DNA of 57,116 nucleotides, the filler included, from Sphacelaria rigidula (Eukaryota): NCBI GenBank assembly GCA_964200075.2. It is 8 parts of 8 records of this genome, joined end to end, with 100 filler letters (N's around TTAATTAATTAA, not from the genome) between each part and the next. Parts side by side here need not be neighbours in the genome. Positions count along the whole stretch, not along the records: positions 7,154 to 14,206 come from CAXNAA020016744.1; positions 14,307 to 21,358 come from CAXNAA020016745.1; positions 21,459 to 28,510 come from CAXNAA020016746.1; 5 more parts are not named here. One strand, written 5' to 3'. Each line of letters opens with the position of its first letter. Position 1 is the stretch's first letter. The translations under genes and the position numbers were made by a program. Below, one piece after another: positions 11,339 through 22,117 of the stretch. A model generated the notes under the pieces. That model made no database searches and had not been told where the DNA came from. It was given only the letters and a program-made list of their open reading frames with translations.

Positions 11339-12653
11339 CTGAATCTGAGGTAGTTCGACGACATGGGATGGAGGCTCGACCGTTCAGTTGCATGAAACAG
11401 CCTTGGCTTGGGGTAGTTCAACGATTCGAGGTGAAGCCTTGAATTTACGAACGCATGAAGCAGCTGGCGCGTGGACAGTGCTCTGGGGTCTCTGGGTGGA
11501 GGTTTAATAAACGGAACGCATTCCCGTGCAGAATGGTATTCGCAGGCGATATATATAGTGCGAAGTTTCCACTATACATCCACGATAAAACCTTACAGAA
11601 ATGCTGGCAATCATATTGCCGGGCTGATGTTCATGTCGCACCGGAACAAATGATGAGAACAAGTAAAGATAGATGGCATGGTATGTGACGTGTACAAAGC
11701 TGAGACAGAAATAAGATTTTCGTCAAAATACCAAACGGTTGCCTCGAGTGTATGACATTGAGTCTTGTATGGTGTGTCCATTTGACAGTCAGCAATTCAC
11801 TTGTTTTGTGCCTCTTTTCACAGCGAACCAGTCCAGTGCAGTCCGCATGATTATGTCTGTGTACTCGTTATGAGGCTCACGCTCAGTCCCCATAGGGTGT
11901 GCTGGCAGCTCCGGGCGAGGTTTCTGAAAAATTCCCGGGCAACGCTCAATTTTCAGATACTCGAAGAAATGCACACAAAAGATAGCTGCCAGTGACATCA
12001 GAGGTCACGTATATTCAAATACTCAAAGCCCAATCCAACACGTTTGCCTCGATCACTTTCTGCGATGCAAGCGGGTTTGAGAAACTATCTGCGAAATATA
12101 GCGCAAATTTTCCAAGACGGTACCGTGCCGTACACCGTGGTATCGCGATTTTGTATTCCTCGTTAACCGTGGGAAACGCGTGGCCAACGACCATTACCAC
12201 ACCGTACCGTACTGGAGCGATCACCTGCACCGCGCGGGGGCGGGCCGTGACTTGAAGGGATCTCATCGTACAAAAACACCGCGAAACACGCAAACCTTGG
12301 GGCAAGTAGGCGCCAAATACCGCCATACGATTTCGTAACGATGGATCAGGAGTGAGTATTTCATCATGAACGGTAAATAATGGTGTCCAAATCCATTAAC
12401 ATTCGCGCGTCGAAGTTTCTTTTCTTTTTAATTGGTGTGGAGTATTTGTGTATTCGTGAGGTATCTCATCTGTGTAGAATATGTGTGTACCTCAGGTCTG
12501 TCGAGCCTTTTCTCTTGAAAAATTCAGTGCACGCGAAATGTTTTTTCGGGCACAGATGCCTATAAAATTTCGGTATTTTTAAAGCGAAGTCATCATGTTG
12601 CACAGTGGAACATCTCGTCTGTTTCTACCGTAGACTCGTCTTTCAGCCGCCGC

Positions 12654-12930
12654 GCCCCGGTGGTACAGTGGTACAACGTACGCAATTTAATCGGAAATAT
12701 GTGGTTTCGATTCCCCCCAGGTGCGTTTAGTTTGGAATTTTCTCCGAAGCATCTGATTCCATCGTTGAACTTGTGAGGGTACATGCTTTTTTGACTGAGT
12801 TACTTCGAGTAGAGTCGACACAGTGCTAGTGCTAATTTAATCCGCGACATCAAACTGCAGGGCGTATGCCGTGAGAGATGGGTTGGCCCCTTAAGATCAC
12901 GCACTCGTCCCGAGGGAGGGGAGGAGCTAA
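12654..12930 (+). mobile_element. tRNA-headed SINE family A
   Basis: A-box-like TGGTACAGTGG and B-box-like GGTTTCGATTCC; body (ACTGAGTT...GAGTCGA...GATCACG.ACTCGTCCCGAGG.AGGGGA) shared with 33795-34100 and 49383-49520. Confidence 0.6.
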
Positions 12931-14143
12931 GATTGTGACGAAGAACAAAATGTCTTTATTTTGCTGTGTCGGAAGTCGGATGATTCCGCTGCGAAAATAG
13001 ATGAATGGTATTCGAGGGAAAACTGTGATCTCGGCATATGTTCCCTCGTGTCAAGGACGTTCGCGGCGTATGTTAAGAGTATGTGTTCGTGAGATGTCGG
13101 TAGTCGATTTTTGCTGTGCGGTATGTGTAAAATTAGTAGTTGCCGTTCATGCTTTGGTGACTTGATTTCCGTTTTCTAATACCGGTTGTTGACTTTCCCC
13201 TTCTTTGGCTCGCATATCTAGCGGTGTCCCCCCTAACCCTCCTTCTTGTTTTACCTCTGGATCTCTTGTCCTTACTCCTTGTATGTTTCTTCTTTCTAAC
13301 TTCCTTGCTTTTGGTAATCTTCGCGTCTCCTCTCTTCTCCTCTCTTGTCTTTACCCTGTGAGCGTCCGGGGATGGACACTCGAGACTAATACTGTAGTCA
13401 TTCTCAGATTCAACCCATCGACATCTCTGGCTGGTCGAAAACCCACCAAGGAGACGAGCAGATGGGAAAAGTGAGGAAATACCTATCTTGGTCCTCTTTT
13501 CTTTCTCCTTTTTTCCTTTATAGTTCTCCTCTCTGTGCAGTATTGTTTGTGTGTAGCTCATGCAGGGCTGGAGGGTCAGGATCCCTGCCTCGAGAGTGCG
13601 GTGCCGAAAGGGCTCATTCGTAACTGATTTCCATGCCTTTGCTTGTCGTTCGGCTTTCTTACCCCAAGCCCTGCCAAACAGGGGCCTGTTGGGTTTTTTT
13701 TGTAAGATCGGTACCAGGTCATTGCATACCGTCTTTCTCGCTACATTTCCTCTTTCAATCCACGCGTTTTCCCCCCTTGGTTTGTTTTCCGCTTCCCTCG
13801 GTACCTCAAGTTATATGTGCCGTAGTCGTTCGGTGCCCAAGTGAATCGCACCGCACTCCCGTAAAATATATATGACTGAGACAATGTAAACAGTAAAACT
13901 ACGCGCCGTGCCGTACTTTACGAGCTCCGCGCGCCCCGCGCCACTGTGTCAGCGAAAATCAAGTTCTGCAGTGATCATGCTCAAAATACCCGGAGTCAGG
14001 AAAGCTCTAAACTAGTCTGAAAAGGGAATCCTATCTGTGCTATCCTGGCTGGTGGGAAAGAGAATGAAGTTGTTTCGTTGTTTCGGCTGCAAACCCGACA
14101 TCCGCGCCTTGTCGATGAACATTGAATGTTCGGACCCAGCGAC

Positions 14144-14205
14144 GGGGGTGTACTCATGATCATGCATGCCATAGTCATAAGACCATGGACCTCGCATCCC
14201 TACAA
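14144..14205 (-). mobile_element. C-tract retroposon 3' end at contig end
   Basis: GGGGGTGTACTCATGATCATGCATGCCATAGTCATAAGACCATGGACCTCGCATCCCTACAA. Confidence 0.85.
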
Positions 14206-14206
14206 T

Positions 14207-14306
14207 NNNNNNNNNNNNNNNNNNNNNNNNNNNNNNNNNNNNNNNNNNNNTTAATTAATTAANNNNNNNNNNNNNNNNNNNNNNNNNNNNNNNNNNNNNN
14301 NNNNNN
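14207..14306. other. Artificial contig spacer
   Basis: N44-TTAATTAATTAA-N44. Confidence 0.98.
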
Positions 14307-14999
14307 GTACTGGTGTGGGGGGGTCGGTACGGCAGGCCGGGGGGCCTAACGTGAATAAAGCCTCGTTTAAAAAAACAGCGGTGTTGTACATACCAAACTT
14401 CGACAAAACCCTGGATATATATACGTATACATATGCATAATGTATTGCATACAAGGATCGGACGAGGCCGCCTATCAGCGGCCCCGTCCTCCACGATAGG
14501 GGTGGAAAAGAAGTAATTTAAATTTGGAGGTGGTACAGGCAATGCCTACTACCAAGAGGTTGAGCTAAAGGTTGGATATCTGTATCGGTTATGAAACTAT
14601 GTTATACGTGATGAGTATAAGATGGAAGATCCGGCAAGGACGTCATGTTTGACCCGTTCGGCGCGCATTTTTGTTTCCCTTTCAAACGGAACACTGTGAC
14701 GCTAAAATAGACGGTCAGGACAGAGACGATAAAATTTAGCTCCAAAATTTACCGAACCGCGGCAGCTGTTCAATTCACTGAGAAAGAGACAAAGAAAAGC
14801 AAGAACTGCGACTTCAAAGTTCATCGAACTCCGAGATATAGAAGCTAAGAAACGAAGAAAGGCCTGAGAACAAAACGCTGCGCGGTACGCTGCCTCTTTA
14901 TTGTTTTTGCTTACGCTTTCACTGATCAGACGCCTACGCCGTAAGGAAAACTGATGGGGTTACCGCCTCGACGTGAGTGTGTTACATGTATACCGCCAT

Positions 15000-15200
15000 A
15001 TATGGTCTGAAGAAAACTCCAGCCTGAAGGAAACCCTGCTTCCCAGCGCATCCCCCCTCACTCTGCAATACGTTAGGCGATGCACGGCTTGCCGCAAACA
15101 TGTGGCGCCCCTAACTATTAGAGAATGCAACGCAAAGTTGTGGGGTGGTAATCCCGCGAAGGCTACGATTTGTCGGAGCGCCTCCCTCGGTGGCCTGAGA
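15000..15200 (-). pseudogene. Decayed tyrosine recombinase C-terminus (DIRS/Ngaro-like retroelement)
   Basis: ALRQIVAFAGLPPHNFALHSLIVRGATC corresponds to the degenerate HSLRIGGAT box; a frameshift follows. Confidence 0.65.
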
Positions 15201-16233
15201 CGTGACACCAACACCAACGTGACACAGAAAACGTATGAAAACGCAGCGCAATTTTTGTAAGAGCATGCAGCACCAAGCCTGCCACGCGGACCTGCCTGCC
15301 CTCCGTTTGAAAGGAAGACTCATAACCAAAGTCTTTTTTCCGCACTATGACGACGATTGAACGCTCTCCGAATATACCATTGAAGCACACATAATATACT
15401 TCCCCATTGAGTTCCTTGGCCCGGTTGTCTTACGGCATGTCGAGGTTGCACGACGGTTTCGGAAACGCAGTGTTCATGGATGCGATGGTTACGAACGTTC
15501 AGAGAGTTCAACTTTAGGGCCGGTTGTTTATAGAAGTAGGCGACCATCTCCGGTGACGATCTCCAAAGGAGTAATCCGATACTCCACGATACCCACAGAA
15601 GAAGGGAGGAATGCGGAGGGCTTCACAGAGAAGATAGCATTGTACTGTACTGCGCTGTACTGTACTGATTGTACTGTGTTGAAAGGTGCACTTCTGCGAC
15701 CCGTGTAATCGATGACCGTTCTCGAAAAATTGAAAAATATTTTCTCGAAAGCACACGTCTAGAACGTAAACAGTCGCATCGTCCGTCTAGAAGGCAGTTC
15801 ACTGACGTTTCTGGAACGTGCCGTGTAGAGCACTTGAAAAATGAGTGCAAAACCCAGATGACCTAAACGCGGTTCAGAGAGTTCAACTTGAGAGCCGGTT
15901 GTTCATAGAAAGAGGCGCCCATCTCCAGTGACGATCTCCAAATAAGTAAAATCCGATACTCCACGATACGCACATAAGAAGGGAGGAATGCGGGCTTCAT
16001 AGAGAAGATAACATTGTACTGTACTGTGCTGTACTGTACTGATTGTACTGTGTTGTACGGTGCACTTCGGCTTTGTCTATTTACACAAACAGCAGCCACC
16101 GCATGATGGGTCAGTTGTATTTGTATGGGAGAACTATTTGCTTCAAAAATGAATCCCCACCGCAGCCCAAGCACGTTTTTTGGGACTGAAGGCAGGAAGG
16201 GATGGTGGTGTCGGAGAGTTTTGTGTCGTCTAA

Positions 16234-17657
16234 GGCCGTGTCTCATCAAATATTTTCCGACTCGAAAACATGCGGTCGAATCGAACTGATCGTTACTAAG
16301 CCGAATCTCATACGCCCACGGTATTTATATTCCTAGATGGCTTCAAGTCCATTTTATAATTACTTGCGCGCGACGGGCAGGGTCAAAAACAGAAAAGCTT
16401 AGCTTTTTCGAGCGAAAAGAGCGGTGGAATGAACGAAGCGGCACGTAACTCCCATGTTGCAGACAACCGTGCCAGATGCCAGATACCAGGTACTAGATAC
16501 TACCCTTTCGCAGAGGTACGCAAAACCCAAATGGTTCATTCGCAGCTAGCTACGTTCCCAACCCTGCGGCATAGATCACGAACTCAGCACAGGGATATAT
16601 ACTGCAGCAGTGACAGGAAACCGACACTACCACACTTTTAGCGTGTGTTTCTTGTTGGCAATAACTTGGGCATCTAATTATGTGGAAGGGTCCACCAACG
16701 GAGTTGCGTGCCGGGGTGGGCGATCGAATTACCAACGCGCTCATGGGCAGCAGAGGCGGTGAAAAAATGCAAGTGGTTCAAATCTGCTTTGCATCCTCCC
16801 GTACACAGAGAGTCAGAAAGCTGTGCTGTCTGTCAAATCTGCTGTATGTCGCGTTGCCCACTTCTTTTCCACCTCGCGGCTGCATGCTGCGCGAAACGCA
16901 CAAACTATTTTCACAACACAACAACAACAGTAGTAAAGGCCGCCACTGTTGTTGTACAGTCTGTATGTTTGTACTGTACTGTATATAGGTAGAGAAGTAC
17001 CTGTGTTGCAGACTATCCTGCCAGATACTACCCTTTCACAGAGGTACGCAAAACCCAAATGGTTCATTCGCAGCTAGCTACATACCCAACCCTGCGGCAT
17101 AGGTCACGATCTCAGCACAGGGATATATACCGCAGCGATGATAGGAAACCGACGCCACCACACTTTTGGCATGATGTGTTTCTTCTTGTTGGCAAAATTT
17201 TGGGCATCTAATTTTGTAGCAGGGTCCACCGGCGGAGTTGCGTGTCGGGGCGGGCGATCAAATTGCCAACGCACTCATGGGCAGTGGAGGCGGTGAAAAA
17301 GTGCACGTGGTTCAAATCCGCTTCGCATCCTCCTGTACGCGGAGAGTCAGAGAGCTGTGCTGTCTGTCGAATCTGCTGCGGGCCGCGTCACCCGCTTCTT
17401 TATCACATCGCGCCCGCATGCTGTGCGAAACACACACCACCTGGACAGTACAGGCCGCCACTGTTGTTGTATAGTCTGTACTGTCTGTACTGTACTGTGT
17501 GTTGAATAGAAGTAAAGAACTACCGCTTCACGAATTCGCTCCGCCTTTTCGAGTCGAAGCGTGCAATTTCGCTCGGACCCAAACATAGCAAAGCGAAGTG
17601 AATCAATTCCGCCGCACGAACTCGTTCGAGTCGGAGAAAATTTGATAAGACACCGCC
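16234..17657. mobile_element. PIF/Harbinger-like non-autonomous element (1424 bp) with internal ~540-bp tandem duplication
   Basis: ~33-bp imperfect TIR GGCCGTGTCTCATCAAATATTTTCCGACTCGAA / TTCGAGTCGGAGAAAATTTGATAAGACACCGCC; 3-bp flanks TAA/TGA; empty site GTC-TGA-GCC at ~55807-55815; internal repeat 16455-17003 vs 17004-17515. Confidence 0.85.
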
Positions 17658-17789
17658 TGATCCTCGATCATACCCATGGACAAACGGAACGAACGGTGGG
17701 AGGAAGAAGATAACACTGTACTGTAATGTCAAGCATTGCACTGCTGTACTTTACTGTGCGTTTTTGATCGACCTTGTCTCGACCTATAC

Positions 17790-18645
17790 AAGCTGGGCTA
17801 GCCTAAAAACGGATTCAAGCTCTAAAAGCAATATCTCATCGACACAGACGAGTTGGGCCGTGATCTGAATATCGTATTAATCGTCCAATCAAGGGGAAAG
17901 TGCCTATCTGCTCAAAAGTTTGGGCCCATATTTCCTTGTTGATTAAACCCCATGTTAAGTCATTCCTATATCTAAGGGAGATAGCGCCAATACTAAAATC
18001 TCTATGAAGCTCCCGATCGATGCATTTAGCGGATGGCGACGAATTTTGGTGTGGAGAACCACAAAAAAGTGCCGAATAATAATAAAAAATGAGCCTCCCA
18101 TTTTTTTGTTTTCATAGAGGCTAGGGCGTTCTCGTGGAGAAATGGTCTTTATCATAGTAGAACGCCCTGAACCAGTGAAAAAAATGAAAAAAAGCAACCT
18201 GACCCACTTTGTTTTGTCGAATATGCCTTAGAGAGCGCCCACACCAAATTTTAATACACGAAAACCAAACATGGGCCGGTGAGTGGCCTGCGAAATACTG
18301 TTCCGAATTTCTACCGATCTGGCTTTTTAAAGCTCCATGCTCCCGCTAATATTTAGAGTTGGACACTGAAATTGGTATGGACAATGGATAGGGCATGAAA
18401 AAGAAATTACAGCGGCACCAAAAGTTCTTGTTAATTTTTTTCATGAGTCGAGGGCAATAATCAATTTTCAGGCATCAGTAAAATGCCCCCAACTCATGAA
18501 AAATGAAAGTAAAACTTTTGGTGCAGCTGTAATTTTTTTATTATGCCCTACTCATAGTCCATACCAAACTTCAGGGTCCAACTCTAAATGTTGGCGGGAG
18601 CATGGGCATTCAAAGTTCAAATCCGCCGCTAGGCTGGCCCAGCTC
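17790..18645. mobile_element. Sola2-like non-autonomous element (856 bp)
   Basis: TIR AAGCTGGGCTAGCCTA / TAGGCTGGCCCAGCTC; 4-bp flanks ATAC/GTAC; empty site CCTATACAGAC at ~55941-55951. Confidence 0.8.
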
Positions 18646-19545
18646 GTACAGACTGGCACCCCCAGGGGGGGTCATCTGTGTTGCATTGTCACAGTTTTGA
18701 CGTGAAAGTAAATGATGAACAGACCGTACCGGCGATGCAATGCAGCAGGGACGTGTGGGTGTCATGGGTGTAGATGGCCTTCTACGCTTCTTTTCCCAAC
18801 CGACCGGGCGGCACATTCGCTTCTTCGCCGATCGACTGGGCGGATCATTCCCATCTCGTTGGCTTGTGCGATTTTCCGTCAGGAAGATCCATGACACTCT
18901 CTGCAAGAAATTCCTATACATTTTGTCCTCGATTAGCATCTTTGACAGTGACGCTCTTTTTGAGTACTGGTGTCTCCGGTGTTCATCGAGTATGCGTGTA
19001 AAGAATCAAATTTCCGTTTTTCAAAATCAAAGTGTCAGCGCCGCCATCAGAACTCAGCGTGTTGCCTATTACGCGCACACTTTGAGGCGCTGACAGCTTG
19101 GGTCGAAGGTCGAATCTCGCCCTCGTCGAAGGGGAACGGTGATGGGAAAACATTGCACTATCTCATCGAGCTTTCACAAATGAAAAACGTCGCAGGGTGA
19201 CGTGGAGCTGAAGGGGTTTGTGAAGTGTACTGTTTTCAGAGTCGGGTGAATTACCCCGCTTCGTTTTCCGAGATAACAGGTAATCTTACTTACCCATATT
19301 TGGTCTATCTTTGCATGTGGCCTTGACCACACAAGGTCATCAAATATTGCACGCACAATCGGTCATCACGATTTGCATCCGCCAGCACTGCACAAGAATA
19401 CACACCACACCACACCACACCACACCACGTTACCTCTCGTCACAGGCATGGTGAACAGCCAACACACTTTACAGTCAGCGCAAACATTGTAATGGACGAA
19501 TGACGAATACCGGTCGGAAAACACATGAGTTAACGAGTAATACCC

Positions 19546-19818
19546 CGATAGTCCCCTCCCCCCGCCCCGCCCCCTCCCCCCCTTCCCTCATAACCAGCCC
19601 CGAAACTGTCACGAAACAAAATAGCCCCATAGCGCACGATAGCTGGTTTCAGATTGAATGAAGCACCTCATATGGACGACATTGGTGGAAGCGATCCCAA
19701 CCGTGGGAATTCCCAATTGCTCGCTGTACTCGGCCTCTTTCATTTCGATTTACATGTAGGTTTTGCTGCTCCAAACCAGCCACTTTTCTGGTGTGGGGGA
19801 GGGGGATGCTATCGTGGC
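19546..19818. mobile_element. MITE family M (copy of 40482-40744, opposite orientation)
   Basis: CGATAG+C-run / G-run+CTATCG ends; interior matches 40520-40680 and 53480-53590. Confidence 0.65.
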
Positions 19819-19974
19819 CATCACTCTTACTCAGGTATATGGTACAACTCAGTCAGTGAAAGTAGGTACCGCTAAACAAATGTGACAAAAAACTCACTCA
19901 GTAGAAAGAGGCTACTTTACCGGCGTTGGGCTACAAGTGTCCATGGTCGACACAATTTTTACAAGTATCGCTAC

Positions 19975-20100
19975 CCCTAACCCTAACCCCAACCCTAACC
20001 TAACGCATACCGAGAACCCTCGGACAAGGGCGGTAGATAGCATTCCCTAGGCAAAGTGCGGTCTTGGTGCGACCCCAAATCGGCGCCTGTGGCGCCGATT
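19975..20100 (+). repeat. Dispersed repeat beginning with telomere-like CCCTAA units
   Basis: CCCTAACCCTAACCCCAACCCTAACC followed by sequence homologous to 30652-30770 and partly to 51264-51290. Confidence 0.6.
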
Positions 20101-20861
20101 TCAACGAAAACGCTTTCTGCGCACGCGAGGAGCACACGGGACTGTCAGCCCCACTAAACTTCCGATTCTCGTTGTACACACTCAAATCAAGTACCATAAA
20201 CCATGAACATTTTTAGCCCAACGCCGGGAGACTTCCGAGAAAAAGGGGCCGCTGCGTTACACGGTAAAACTCGACCGGAGAAAGTAACTACCGCTGACTT
20301 ACGCGAAAATGAGGGTCACTCGAGTGAAGGTGAGTTGATTAGTCCGACGTGCACGGCAAATCTCAAGATGAAAGTCAGATAGTAAACAATGGCCGCTGCT
20401 TCACCCCAGTCACGCAAAAAAAAGGGGGCGCGCGGTATAGTTAGTTGATTCTATAAGCATGCCTGTGATATCCTCAGTTACAGTTGTCCGCCTTCACAAC
20501 ATTTCATCATGTCTGGAGTGCCCTTGTAGGCACAGCCTCCTAGACCCGCAGGGTATCATCCCCGTCCTCCCGGTCATTATCCAGAATCCCCTCAAAACCT
20601 TCCAGAATCCCCGTCCCCCCGGTCATTATCCAGATCATCACTGCCTACTCAACGTAACGGCGGAATTTCGTCACAGCACTCAGCACCACACCCCCCTCGC
20701 GACCGCAGCACATGATCTCCTTCCTCCCCCCCTCCCCCCCCTTTCATTTCCTTTCCCTTCATTTATGTTCTGCTTCCCATCTTTTCTCTCCTACTTCCAG
20801 CTGAGCTCGATTTTATGTCGGCTCATTCCCTTGTTATCCCACATGTTCTTCCCCCTTTTTC

Positions 20862-20935
20862 TCGATAGGGATGCGTGGTCAATGGTCAAACGACTAAGGC
20901 AAGCAAGAAATGAGTACGCCCCCCCCCCCCCCCCT
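20862..20935 (+). mobile_element. 5'-truncated LINE 3' end
   Basis: TCGATAGGGATGCGTGGTCAATGGTCAAACGACTAAGGCAAGCAAGAAATGAGTACG followed by a long C run. Confidence 0.8.
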
Positions 20936-21173
20936 TTTTTTCTGGAGTTTTTCCTTCAGTAAATTCTTCCGTCCACGTGACAACATTACTCATCGGTGTC
21001 TTCGAGCACGAACAGTACACCCCAGGTCATCATCTGTGCGACAAACCGCGGCCGAATCCGCACCAGTTTTAGTCAATTCAGCGACAATCGACCGATCAAA
21101 TGATCAATACATGCACACAGAACATGGAGATATTCATCCCGTCGGATGAAGTACAACATGCAGAGCACAGTCA

Positions 21174-21174
<1 letters not shown>

Positions 21175-21233
<59 letters not shown>
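21175..21233 (+). repeat. (CA)n microsatellite
   Basis: ~29 CA units directly abutting a retroposon copy. Confidence 0.95.
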
Positions 21234-21236
<3 letters not shown>

Positions 21237-21343
21237 GGTCCGGCGAAAACCTGGCGTGCTCCGTCCCGGCTTTGTAGGGATGCGAGGTCAATGGTCATAT
21301 GACTATTGCATGCAAGGTCATGAGAATCGCTCCTCCCCCCCCT
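21234..21343 (+). mobile_element. C-tract retroposon, short (~100 bp) form
   Basis: CCTGGTCCGGCG...GGGATGCGAGGTCAATGGTCATATGACTATTGCATGCAAGGTCATGAG followed by a C run. Confidence 0.85.
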
Positions 21344-21358
21344 GACCAAATAAATCGC

Positions 21359-21458
21359 NNNNNNNNNNNNNNNNNNNNNNNNNNNNNNNNNNNNNNNNNN
21401 NNTTAATTAATTAANNNNNNNNNNNNNNNNNNNNNNNNNNNNNNNNNNNNNNNNNNNN
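21359..21458. other. Artificial contig spacer
   Basis: N44-TTAATTAATTAA-N44. Confidence 0.98.
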
Positions 21459-21530
21459 CCCCGCAAAAAAACCGGGAGCCGGCAGGCGGGGTCCCCCCCC
21501 CCCTCCCCCCCCCCCCCCCCCCCCCAGAAC

Positions 21531-22117
21531 CATACAAGGAGAAACGCGACGTGCTAGAGGGCGAGATGCGGGCCGTGAACGAAGGTAGCATGAAATCGTT
21601 TGAGGCATAAGACAGTTGGGAGAAAACGATTGCTATACTAGGAGGAGATGGATGGTGGCCCGGACGGCGAAACAGGACGGGAGTGATGCTACGGTAGGGG
21701 TGCAGAAATATTTTCCGAGGATAGAATTGTTAGGAGCCCTTTATCTCATGCAAAACACAACCTATGAAAATATGTGAAAGTACGCCAGGATTACTTTTCC
21801 CATGTGCTAGAGATATCCCGAATGAATTTGCAAGCGGGGATGCCCTGATCCATATTTTCGTGCATCTAGAATCGTGAGGAGCCCCTGAACTAGACATAAT
21901 TTCGCGAAAAATGTGCACCCCTACCGTAGCATTGCTCACGGGGAAAATATATGCAAACGGTGTTTGTGTAATGTATGAAAGAAACGTACTGAGCGCCAGA
22001 AGTTGGAGGTGGCTCTCCTGGGAGTAGAAACGATGCTCCGTCTCGGAAGGGATGCGTGGTCAACGGTCAAACGACTAAGGCAAGCAATGACTGAGTACGC
22101 CCCCCCCCTACCCCCCC
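21531..22117 (+). mobile_element. LINE ORF2 C-terminus and 3' end, interrupted by MITE S1
   Basis: Decayed translation YKEKRDVLEGEMRAVNEGSMKSFEA*DSWEKTIAILG..WWP..AKQDG/ICKRCLCNV*KKRTER...APSRKGCVVNGQTTKASND*, then GTACG + C run; long C run immediately upstream (21493-21525). Confidence 0.75.
21681..21937. mobile_element. MITE family S1 (257 bp), Sola2-like termini
   Basis: GAGTGATGCTACGGTAGGGGTGCA...TGCACCCCTACCGTAGCATTGCTC; 4-bp TSD ACGG (21677-21680, 21938-21941). Confidence 0.9.

Larger units (their letters stand above)
15830..18950. mobile_element. Copy of CMC/CACTA-like non-autonomous element, interrupted by two nested insertions; left end not found
   Basis: 15830-16230 + 17660-17789 + 18650-18950 are collinear with 55330-56215; right end GATTAGCATCTTTGACAGTG; partial upstream duplicate at 15505-15680. 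Confidence 0.75.
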
